Assembly (NCBI GenBank): GCA_965238175.1 | Contig: CBDEGZ010000003.1 | Coordinates: 2,627,885-2,691,884, forward strand | Direction: 5' to 3' | Origin: Gammaproteobacteria bacterium | Lineage (GTDB): Bacteria; Pseudomonadota; Gammaproteobacteria; CAJXQU01 | DNA length: 64,000 nt | Shown: piece by piece, positions 37,187 through 46,074 of the stretch | How positions within the stretch are numbered: the first letter of the stretch is position 1 | How the letters are laid out: the number at the start of each line of letters is the position of its first letter | Made by a program: the position numbers and the translations under genes | Notes under the pieces: model-generated | The model's input: the letters and a program-made list of their open reading frames with translations, nothing else | What the model was told of the DNA's origin: nothing | The model's database searches: none

Positions 37187-37300
37187 TCCTATAAAACCCG
37201 TTTTCAGACCATTTAAATTTTCTTCAGCAATGCTTACCTTATTAGCCATCAATTCCAAACTGAACTATTAGCCCCCTTTTATAGATAATTAATGAATAAA

Positions 37301-38785
37301 TTACGGCATCATTATTCCCTGCTGTAATGCCTCCCAAGGTATGGGTTGATCAACCATTTCTCCTAACATATCTAGAACCGGCATAGACTCACCATTGACT
37401 TCGACCTCGCCAGTATCAAGGACAGCATCCAGCTCATAAGTTTCACCCTTGTCTACAGCAAAACCCATCGCCACGGGCATACCAATCGCTTCTTCGGCTG
37501 GAGTACCGGCGATCATACCTTTACTTAGACTAATTTTTAATTGACCTTGCAGTGCGATGATCAAATCTCGAACCGTCTTAAGCTCTAGCAAATTTTTAGT
37601 ATCTGCATAATTCAAATCGAAATTAATAGATGACTTGCCGTTCTCGTTACTCACCTCTACTAAATTGTTTGTTTCAACGCCTTGCCTGATTACTTCTGAA
37701 AGGACTGAAAAATAAGCTGCTGCTGATTTCACCATGGCTTCCTGTGATGCTTCCAAATTATCACTTCCCAGCATTTCAAACTGTGTCTTATTTATCTGTT
37801 GTCCAACATCAATTAGCTTAGTGACATCCTCTCGATTAAAACCTTTGATCCCCATGCTCATGTGAACCTTTGATGCAGGGAATTCAATTCCTGAATCCAT
37901 TGATGGAATCGTTAACTGGTCAATATCAAACGTTCCTACGCCAGAAAAACTACCATTTTCACCTTTAGCAATTGAGCTTAATGTCAACCCTTGGAGCTTT
38001 AAACCTTCAATTGATCCGTTAGAGAACGAAACTTCAGGAAGCCTCATGACAATATTCCCATCAATCATTGTGCCCTTATAGATCTCATTGATATCCATTG
38101 AGAACGAAGAAGGAACCATCGACATTTTGAATGCTTTACCTTGTTCTTCACCCTCCATATCTATTGCACCGACATGCATGGTTCCCGCTAGACGCGTGCC
38201 TTCAATATTACCAGTGAAGTCGCCTTTGATACCTGCCACAGCTATTTTAAAGGGATATTCTTCATCAGAATCTTTACCACTTAACTCAGCTAAACCCTTT
38301 GCATCAACCGATATTGGTGCAACTTCGAGATCAAACTCAGCCAATTCGCCCAAGCCAGTATGGACACCCGATGTAAAGGGTTCTTTTTCAGAAAAAAACC
38401 AACTAACCATTTCTCGAACACCAACAGAAAGGGTTGATTGATCCAAAGTTGTTTGTATATAGCTAGTGCCAAATTTTATTCCTTTCGGCGTCATCATTAC
38501 TGGACCATGATAAATTTTATGCTCCAAAACAATCTCAACAGGCTCTTCTTTTTCACCACCAATGTTCAGATCAATTATTGTTACAGATTTTGCCAGGCTC
38601 GTAGTAAACCCTTTTTCATAGGATTTTTTTTGTACTTTAATAAAAGGAAGGCTTTCTGTGTATTGCCGACTGGCTTCTGTCAATATTTCGTCAAAATTTT
38701 CTTCCGTTTGATTGGAGGCAAACCAGGTAATACCCGCCCAAAGCGCCGGCACGATCAAAACAATACTTAACAGTAATTTTTTCAT
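37301..38785 (-). CDS. YdgA-like (DUF945 family) exported protein of unknown function
   Basis: N-terminal anchor MKKLLLSIVLIVPALWAGITWF, about 490 aa, Gly/Ser-rich repetitive beta-like sequence. Similar in size and organisation to gammaproteobacterial YdgA. Confidence 0.35.
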   Translation of the reverse strand: MKKLLLSIVLIVPALWAGITWFASNQTEENFDEILTEASRQYTESLPFIKVQKKSYEKGFTTSLAKSVTIIDLNIGGEKEEPVEIVLEHKIYHGPVMMTPKGIKFGTSYIQTTLDQSTLSVGVREMVSWFFSEKEPFTSGVHTGLGELAEFDLEVAPISVDAKGLAELSGKDSDEEYPFKIAVAGIKGDFTGNIEGTRLAGTMHVGAIDMEGEEQGKAFKMSMVPSSFSMDINEIYKGTMIDGNIVMRLPEVSFSNGSIEGLKLQGLTLSSIAKGENGSFSGVGTFDIDQLTIPSMDSGIEFPASKVHMSMGIKGFNREDVTKLIDVGQQINKTQFEMLGSDNLEASQEAMVKSAAAYFSVLSEVIRQGVETNNLVEVSNENGKSSINFDLNYADTKNLLELKTVRDLIIALQGQLKISLSKGMIAGTPAEEAIGMPVAMGFAVDKGETYELDAVLDTGEVEVNGESMPVLDMLGEMVDQPIPWEALQQGIMMP

Positions 38786-38959
38786 ACAAATGAGTCCTTG
38801 AAAATATATTTAAAATTTCGCTCCCTCTGCATAAATATACACAGGATCTTAAGCTCAATAATGTGTCGTCACATAACCCTAAAAACTTAAACTTCCAAAA
38901 TAAATTGAAATTTCTAAATAATTTTATCCTCACTTTGATTAAAAACAACCATAATCCAG

Positions 38960-40738
38960 TTAAACACGGTAACTCTTCTCTATCGCCTCTCGATCAATAA
39001 TACCCTGAATTGGAACAGTTATTTGATCATTTAACAGTGCGCTAAGACGAATAACATAAAGTGCTTCAACTTGGGAGACTTCCATAATTTCTCTCGCTTC
39101 TTGCAAAGTCGCTCTTCGATGTACGGAAGCAAGTTGTTGTCTTTGTGAAGGGATCTCCATTAGATCAATCTCTTTTAGTTCATTCTCAAACTGATCTTCT
39201 GTCTGCAATTGCTCCGATTCCTGCTTCTGCAGTTCTTCCAAAAAGCGTAAAAGATCTGCGGCAGGCATACGCAACTTATTTTCCGCCTTTTCAATTATCA
39301 ACCAACGTGGTGAGTTTGTAAGAAGTTCTTGCGCTTTTTCTCGATCAATTACTTGCTCGGTTAGAACAAATTCCTGATCCATTACCGAAGTAATTGATAG
39401 ACGCCGAAGCGACTGAGTGATCGGATCAGTCTTATAGTAAAGACCCAATGCCTGCATCTGAGACATAAAAATGGACTCTTTAGAGAATAGTTCTTTTGCT
39501 GTTAAATTAGCGCTAATGATCACTAACATTCCGGGTAGAATAATATTTGGGTTCGCGGTTAATTCTAATAAGGTTACTAATGCGGCAAGCGGTGCTTGTA
39601 AACAAGCACTCATCATCGCTGCCATGCCTAACATTGCATAGAACCCGGGATGTGAACCACCTTCCATAGGTATATATCCCGCCATCAATCCCAGCGCGCC
39701 GCCTGCCGTTGCTCCCATGAATAACGTTGGACCAATCAAACCACCAGGCACACCCAACCCTATGCTAAGAGATGTCGCGATTACCTTAAATAAAACGATG
39801 ATTAACAACCCACTAAGCGCTGCCGAACCATGCAGTGCATAGTCCACCGTATCATAGCCGATCCCCATGACCTCAGGTACAGCCATTGCGCAAAACCCAC
39901 AACCAACCCCAGCAAGGATCATTCTGAAGAAGATTGGTCGATTCCGATTTTTCTCCGTTATCCATGACAAACTACTAATGAAGCCAGCTGCAAGTGCGCC
40001 TAAAACAACTCCCATGACCAAAACAACCGGGATTTCATAAAATGAGTACATCTCAAAGGGTGGGACAGAAAAAGCGGGGGCAGAACCATAAACCCATTGC
40101 ATCAATACCGTCGCACTAAATGCGGCTAAAATCACCGGTGTAAAACCGGCAATGGTGTACTCCATCATCACAACTTCCATGGCAAATATGACGCCTGCAA
40201 GTGGTGTGTTAAATGATGCAGCAATAGCTGCAGCTGTTCCACAAGCCACCAAAGTGCGAATACTATTATTTGGTAAAAGTAGGTAGTGCCCCATAAGACT
40301 GGAGCTTGCCGCTCCAAGATGAGCACTCGGCCCTTCTCGTCCAACAGACTGTCCAGAAACCAAAGCGACTACAACACCGAAGAATTGTAAGATCATATTT
40401 CGTATTGGCATATTACCTTCAAAGTAGGCCAACCTTTCCAAAATATGCACCACACCAAAACGATAGCTAGGCTTAGAAAAAAAATGAAAAATTATTGCTA
40501 ACACTAAACCTCCAGTGGCTGGAAATAAAAAACGCTCAAACGTTGTGAATGCTTCAAAATTTCCTGAGCTATCTCCAGGGAGTAATCCTGACTGGGTATT
40601 TTCAACTGTTTTTCGGAAGAGGATAATAATCCCACCTGAAATCAAGCCGCTTGTTAGTCCCAGTAAGGCAAGCAGTGGCTGGGCATTAAATCCAGCGAGG
40701 CGAAGTCGGAGTCGTTCGAGAAAATCAACCATAGTCAC
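38960..40738 (-). CDS. ClC-family H+/Cl- exchange transporter with C-terminal CBS domains
   Basis: Selectivity-filter motifs GREGP and GxFxP-like (GLIGP...). Multiple TM helices. The C-terminal approximately 150 aa is a CBS pair. Confidence 0.85.
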   Translation of the reverse strand: MTMVDFLERLRLRLAGFNAQPLLALLGLTSGLISGGIIILFRKTVENTQSGLLPGDSSGNFEAFTTFERFLFPATGGLVLAIIFHFFSKPSYRFGVVHILERLAYFEGNMPIRNMILQFFGVVVALVSGQSVGREGPSAHLGAASSSLMGHYLLLPNNSIRTLVACGTAAAIAASFNTPLAGVIFAMEVVMMEYTIAGFTPVILAAFSATVLMQWVYGSAPAFSVPPFEMYSFYEIPVVLVMGVVLGALAAGFISSLSWITEKNRNRPIFFRMILAGVGCGFCAMAVPEVMGIGYDTVDYALHGSAALSGLLIIVLFKVIATSLSIGLGVPGGLIGPTLFMGATAGGALGLMAGYIPMEGGSHPGFYAMLGMAAMMSACLQAPLAALVTLLELTANPNIILPGMLVIISANLTAKELFSKESIFMSQMQALGLYYKTDPITQSLRRLSITSVMDQEFVLTEQVIDREKAQELLTNSPRWLIIEKAENKLRMPAADLLRFLEELQKQESEQLQTEDQFENELKEIDLMEIPSQRQQLASVHRRATLQEAREIMEVSQVEALYVIRLSALLNDQITVPIQGIIDREAIEKSYRV

Positions 40739-40925
40739 AGTATTACTTTTTTAGAAATTAGAGATTTATTAGTTATCAGGCTAGAATACCATGCTCTTTC
40801 TGGAGGGTATGATACTTCCGGCAAACACTATTTAAACTAAATGTCCGCTATAAAATACTAATAATACGGACTTTTTTATCCATAAACTTAATTAGCCATA
40901 GCTCAAAGATGAGAGGAGCAATGAC

Positions 40926-42599
40926 ATGTCAGATATAGAAATCGCCCAAAAAGCAAAAATGAAGCCTATTATTGGCCTCGCTAAAGAAAAATTCGGGGTT
41001 GAAGCAGAACACCTCGATCCATACGGTCACTACAAAGCCAAACTGTCACTCGATTATGTTGAAAGCTTGAAAGACAGGGAAAATGGAAAACTCGTCCTAG
41101 TAACCGCCGTCAGCCCAACACCTGCAGGTGAAGGTAAAACAACGACAACGGTAGGTCTTGGCGACGCACTAAACAGAATTGGTAAAAAAACAATCATGTG
41201 CTTGCGTGAACCTTCACTCGGCCCATGTTTTGGTATGAAAGGTGGTGCTGCAGGCGGCGGTTATTCGCAAGTCGTACCAATGGAAGATATCAACCTTCAT
41301 TTTACGGGTGATTTCCATGCAATTGGTGTAGCACATGCGCTTTTAGCTGCCATGATTGATAACCATATCAATCATGGTAACGAATTAGGTATCGATCCTC
41401 GTCGTATCCAATGGAAACGTGTCGTCGATATGAATGATCGAGCTTTGCGTAAAATCACTATTGGTCAGGGCGGACCAGCAAATGGTTATTTGAGAGAAGA
41501 TGGTTTTGATATTGTTGTCGCCTCTGAAATCATGGCTATTCTTTGTCTCGCCACAAGCCGATCAGATCTGAAAGAAAGACTTGGACGTATTCTGGTTGGT
41601 TATAAACGTGATAACAAGACGCCTGTTTATGCGCGTGATCTCAATGCTCAAGGCTCTATGGCCGCACTGCTAAAAGATGCGATTAAACCAAACTTAGTAC
41701 AAACATTAGAAAACAATATCGCCATTATTCATGGTGGTCCATTTGCAAATATTGCTCATGGTTGTAATACCGTAACCGCAACTAAAACTGGTTTGAAACT
41801 AGCCGATTATGTGATCACTGAAGGTGGTTTCGGTGCAGATTTGGGTGCTGAGAAATTTATTAATATAAAAACACGAATGGCGGGTTTAAACCCTTCAGCC
41901 GTTGTATTAGTAGCAACAATACGCGCACTTAAATTCCACGGCGGCGTTGCTAAAGAAGATCTGAATACTGAAAATCTTGATGCGCTTGCTAAAGGCATGA
42001 TCAATATGGAGCGTCATGTTGAAAATATTCAAAACGTTTACGGGCTACCTTGCGTAGTTTGTTTAAATCACTTCACTTTAGACACAGATGCAGAAGTTGC
42101 CTTACTACAAAAACGTTGTGAAGAACTAGGAGTGAGATCAGTCGTCTCCAAACACTGGGCAGACGGTGGTGCAGGTGCAGAAGACCTCGCACACGCCGTA
42201 GTAGACGTTGTAGAAAACAATCCTGGCAAGCACACTTTTGTCTATGACGACGATATGCCTTTATGGGATAAAATCGAAGCAATCGCCACAAGAGTCTATC
42301 GCGCAGCCAGCATTTCAGCCGATGCAAAAGTGAAGAAACAACTTGCTGACTGGAATGAAGATTATGGCTCCTATCCGATCTGTATGGCAAAAACTCAAAT
42401 GTCATTCTCAACAGATCCGACGGCTAAAGGTGCCCCAACAGGACATAATGTACACATTACTGAGGTTCGCTTAAATAATGGTGCAGGATTTGTTGTCGCC
42501 ATTGCCGGTAGTATGATGACAATGCCGGGACTACCTAAAGTGCCAGCAGCAGAGCGAATTGATATTGATGATGATGGAAACATCACTGGTTTATTCTAA
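40926..42599 (+). CDS. fhs: Formate--tetrahydrofolate ligase
   Basis: P-loop [15 protein letters not shown] and full-length FTHFS family similarity. 557 aa. Confidence 0.9.
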   Translation: MSDIEIAQKAKMKPIIGLAKEKFGVEAEHLDPYGHYKAKLSLDYVESLKDRENGKLVLVTAVSPTPAGEGKTTTTVGLGDALNRIGKKTIMCLREPSLGPCFGMKGGAAGGGYSQVVPMEDINLHFTGDFHAIGVAHALLAAMIDNHINHGNELGIDPRRIQWKRVVDMNDRALRKITIGQGGPANGYLREDGFDIVVASEIMAILCLATSRSDLKERLGRILVGYKRDNKTPVYARDLNAQGSMAALLKDAIKPNLVQTLENNIAIIHGGPFANIAHGCNTVTATKTGLKLADYVITEGGFGADLGAEKFINIKTRMAGLNPSAVVLVATIRALKFHGGVAKEDLNTENLDALAKGMINMERHVENIQNVYGLPCVVCLNHFTLDTDAEVALLQKRCEELGVRSVVSKHWADGGAGAEDLAHAVVDVVENNPGKHTFVYDDDMPLWDKIEAIATRVYRAASISADAKVKKQLADWNEDYGSYPICMAKTQMSFSTDPTAKGAPTGHNVHITEVRLNNGAGFVVAIAGSMMTMPGLPKVPAAERIDIDDDGNITGLF

Positions 42600-42627
42600 A
42601 AAATCTGATCAAATAATACTTCTGAAT

Positions 42628-42658
42628 AAAAAAGGCCGGTTAATGACTGGCCTTTTTT
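42628..42658 (+). terminator. Rho-independent terminator after fhs
   Basis: aaaaGGCCggttaatgactGGCCtttttt. Confidence 0.6.
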
Positions 42659-42870
42659 AGTTGAACTGTAGATGTGTAATAGCTCAGATTAAAATGATAA
42701 TTTGAAAATATGAGTTGTATTAGCCTTATAGTTTGTAAAATATTAGAAGTCTCAAACCGTCTAACTGCTACCATTCGATTAAAGCTTTTTATAACTTTCG
42801 ACTGCTCATAGTGGCATAACCGGTCAATAAACAATCTAACGATCTAATAGTAGTCGACCTCATCTAGTAG

Positions 42871-44346
42871 TTACTGTGAAATTAGCCTACATGTCGGCTC
42901 CCGTTGCATTACTTCCATCGATACCGAGACTTGTTCTTCAATAAACAACACAGACCTTCCACATTCCAAAATCGTCTTAACTTTCTCTATCGCCAGTCTC
43001 ACAGGAAACCCAAAACGTGCGCCACGATGATTCCGTTTCATTCTGGTAAGATCAAGCTTTTTAGCAACAACCTCATCGGAATGATGATAAAACTCATAAA
43101 ACTTCCCCACCCGAAAGAACAACACGTCCCCAGGAAAACGCCAGCGAAAATATCCATACTGTTGACTGACTCGCTGAAAGTTCTTTGGTACAGCATATTT
43201 TCTGATCAACTTCCAGCTAACACTATCAAACTCAAAATACTGCTGCAAATAATCAAATCTGTTCCAAATCGATTGCCACAGGTTCCAGCAACTGGCGAGT
43301 TTAAAATGTCCCAGATACGACGATAGCATTGCTGATAATTTATCCAGCAAAGTAATATCAAAGCGATAGCGCGTGACACCGCCCCTTTCTTCAACCAGCA
43401 AGGATTCATAGTCACACAATTGTTCCTTAAGGTGATTCACCACCCGCCGCCTCACCAGCATATAATCCCGTCGCACGATATAACCGAGAAAATCCAGCCC
43501 ATTCGAAACTGAGGCTAGCGGCTGTCGTGAGTTGAGTTGTAACTGGCGATGTTCATTCAGATTAACTTCTATCTGACTTTTCCATTCCAGTAGTTGCTCT
43601 CGCTCCTTTGCCAGCAGCACAAAATCATCACAATAACGTAAGTAATACCGGCACTTCAATTGATGCTTAATCAGATGATCCATACCGGTCAGATAGACAT
43701 TGGCAAAAAACTGGCTATTCAAATTACCGATGGGCAATCCTTTATTGTCACCACAACCAAACAGGGTTTTATGTGCGGGTATTCGTCCAGTTAAATCACG
43801 TCCCCGAAAAATATGGTTCTGTGTACAATCATGATAGACCAGTATTTTCGTCAACCATAATGCCGTGTCATCGTTAAGCTTTGCCGACAATAAGCCATAA
43901 AGAATATCCTTATCAATGGTCATGAAATAATTACGGATATCCAGTTGCAAATAATACGCTGGTTGTATGCCGTTGCAGGTCACTTGTCGAATAAACCGCT
44001 GTAGACGTTTCACACCACGATGCACTCCTTTGCCTTTTCGACAGGCATAGGAATCATGGATAAATATTGGTTCCCAGATTTTCTCCAGATAATCTACCAG
44101 TAAATGATGCACCACACGGTCACGAAAATCGGCAGCAAAGATTTCGCGTAACTTAGGTCGAGTTGAAAAAAAGCAGACAGAACGGGTCGGCTGGTAAGTA
44201 CGATTGATCAATGACTCTCGCAGGCTCAACAGTTGTTTCTCCTGCTCAGCTTCAAAACGCAATGCATTAATTGTGTTGCGCTTATTTCTGCGACAGGCGT
44301 AATACTGCCGATAGAGATTTTCAAGCGACAGGTCGAGAGTGATCAT
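42871..44346 (-). CDS. Diversity-generating retroelement reverse transcriptase with C-terminal MutS domain-I-like extension
   Basis: RT motifs: LDIRNYF (motif A), the DGR-diagnostic LPIGNLNSQ in place of QGxxxSP, and [11 protein letters not shown] (YxDD). Residues from about 395 to the end read [78 protein letters not shown]. This aligns with E. coli MutS [81 protein letters not shown]. Confidence 0.85.
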   Translation of the reverse strand: [491 protein letters not shown]

Positions 44347-44479
44347 TCTCCGGGGCGAACGGCAAGGGCAAACAAATTATTAGTCTTATTGTTGTTGTTC
44401 TGGTTGCCGTTATTGAAGTTAAAGTTCAGCGCATTAGAGGAATTCAACTCCACGCCTGACCAGTAGTTATTCGACTGGA
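44347..44479 (-). repeat. DGR template repeat (TR), about 130 bp, abutting the RT start codon
   Basis: Homologous to 45382..45515 at an offset of 1036. The coding-strand reading is an Asn(AAY)-rich pseudo-ORF (SNNYWSGVELNSSNALNFNFNNGNQNNNNKTNNLFALAVRPGE). 14 of 15 mismatches to the VR fall at TR adenines. Confidence 0.85.
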
Positions 44480-44699
44480 CAATTACCTGCCCTCTTTCCG
44501 ATAGTATCCTGAGGATAAACTCACAAAACGGATACCACCCCACCGGCAAGAAATCTTTGTAATAAAGTAGCCTTGCCTGAATTAACATGCCAGAGAAACT
44601 ATTCTCAGGCGGGACAGGCGCACAATGATACACGTTGGTACGCTTACCTGAACTGTCCATACAAACAGGACAAATTAACAGATAATTCTGACTCTCTCA

Positions 44700-45071
44700 T
44701 CAAACTACACCTTTTTCATTTTTTCGTACTCGACTGCTCCTTATCCAGCCCTCGTTCTGTCTGCAAACTGACACCACCTGTTCGATGGCAAATTGAAATG
44801 ATTTAAAACTTTTGAAGGCCTTTGCCTCTTTCGCTATACGCACGAGTATCAATAATTCATCGAGCTGTTCGCGCAAGACCAGAAGATGAGGGCGCTTATC
44901 CCTGGCGGCATTGGCTTTCATAATCAGGGAAACCACTACACGGCTTTTGTTGCGTAGTTCTGTGCCGAGCGTGTATTTGTGATAACGGGAGAAGCCCGAA
45001 ACCACTTTTTCGAAATAAACGGCCACATCCATCGCTTGTTTGTAAATCGGAAGATGTTCGTATCTTGCCAT
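44700..45071 (-). CDS. avd: DGR accessory variability determinant (Avd; four-helix-bundle protein, TIGR02436-like)
   Basis: 123 aa basic protein between the target gene and the TR. Helix pattern HKYTLGTELRNKSRVVVSLIMKA / LREQLDELLILVRIAKEAKAF / FQFAIEQVVSVCRQNEGW is typical of the Avd family. Confidence 0.65.
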   Translation of the reverse strand: MARYEHLPIYKQAMDVAVYFEKVVSGFSRYHKYTLGTELRNKSRVVVSLIMKANAARDKRPHLLVLREQLDELLILVRIAKEAKAFKSFKSFQFAIEQVVSVCRQNEGWIRSSRVRKNEKGVV

Positions 45072-45294
45072 GAGTAAAATTCCTTTTTCTGTAGCGCTTG
45101 TAGGTCGGATTACAACTGCATATATGCCGGAGGTAAGTAGCGCAGGAGCAGTTACCGAGCGCAGCGTAATCCGACAAATAATAAATGCTGGATTATGCTA
45201 TCGCTAATCCAACCTACAAATTCAAAACCGCAGGGGGCGTCCCCTACCCCCCTAAAGGGTCAAATCATACAAATGACCGAATGACCAAATTACG

Positions 45295-46074
45295 TTACCG
45301 CCGTTTCCTTCTAAACCCTGCCAACCCAAACAATGCGGAACCCATCAGCCATACAGCCGCTGGAACTGGGACGGCGGCAACATCGCCGGGGCGAACGGCA
45401 TGGGCAAACAAATTAAAAGTCTTATTGCGGTTGCGCTGGTCGCCGTTAGTGAAGCTAAAGAGCAGCGCATTAGAGGAACCCAACTCCACGCCTGACCAGT
45501 AGTTATGCGACTGGAGGTTGGTGAATTGGCCTACGTTGTTGAGTCCAGCGCCTGTTTGTGCGACACAGCCGGTTGGGGCGCTGTTGTTGGGTGTGCAAAA
45601 GCCCAGGTTGCCCAGCGTTGCGTAGTATAAATGACCCATTTCTGAGACTGGGGTGTTACTACTGTTCTGCCAGCCGATGCCAGTGGCGCCTGTACCAATG
45701 TCGCTGGTGCCGTTGTTGGTGAAGCCGGTCTGGAAGCTTGTACCATTGATGGGACTTAGGCTTGGCAGGCGCCAGTCGTTGAAGCCGAGGTGGTTGGCGC
45801 TGTTCATGCCCGCTATCCACAGGTTGGCGTTGTCCCAGGTCATGCGACCGGTGCTGCCAACAGTGTTGGCGGTGTCGTCAGCTTCATTGGTGCTGAGTGT
45901 CAGGCCAAACTGGTTGGTCAGTGCCAAGTTGGCATTGGAGAGCCAGGTGATGTCCAGTACATCATCATAGAGGGCATCGCCGCCCAATCTTGAGATTAAG
46001 GTGGCGTGGGCGGTGCTGCTTAAGCAAATGAGTAGTGTTATTACGCTGAAAGACTTAATACTGATGAGTTTCAT
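45295..46074 (-). CDS. DGR target protein: secreted DUF1566 (Lcl C-terminal / C-type-lectin-fold) protein with C-terminal PEP-CTERM exosortase sorting signal
   Basis: Signal peptide MKLISIKSFSVITLLICLSSTAHA. DUF1566 hallmarks (DITWLSNANLA..., NDWRLPS, ...AVRPGD). The VR lies at residues about 187-230. The C-terminus is VPVPAAVWLMGSALFGLAGFRRKRR, a PEP-like motif with TM helix and RRKRR. Confidence 0.8.
   Translation of the reverse strand: MKLISIKSFSVITLLICLSSTAHATLISRLGGDALYDDVLDITWLSNANLALTNQFGLTLSTNEADDTANTVGSTGRMTWDNANLWIAGMNSANHLGFNDWRLPSLSPINGTSFQTGFTNNGTSDIGTGATGIGWQNSSNTPVSEMGHLYYATLGNLGFCTPNNSAPTGCVAQTGAGLNNVGQFTNLQSHNYWSGVELGSSNALLFSFTNGDQRNRNKTFNLFAHAVRPGDVAAVPVPAAVWLMGSALFGLAGFRRKRR
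45382..45515 (-). repeat. DGR variable repeat (VR) inside the target gene, with a GC-rich IMH-like 3' end
   Basis: Aligns base-for-base with the TR. Substitutions N->H/G/L/S/T/D/R/R/F and others arise only where the TR coding strand has A. The 3' end GCCGTTCGCCCCGG is GC-rich and carries the single non-adenine difference (position 45401 versus TR 44365). Confidence 0.85.

Noticed and set aside
44343-44660. 105 aa ORF whose C-terminus resembles the end of the DUF1566 protein
   Set aside because: It is the TR read in the VR frame (Asn-rich pseudo-peptide) plus upstream non-coding sequence, not an independent gene. Annotated as the DGR template repeat instead.
45185-45993. Several plus-strand and overlapping ORFs (45185..45502, 45531..45746, 45653..45970, 45790..45993) across the target gene
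   Set aside because: Antisense or overlapping artefacts of the locally high G+C content. No motifs. The minus-strand DUF1566 gene explains the region.
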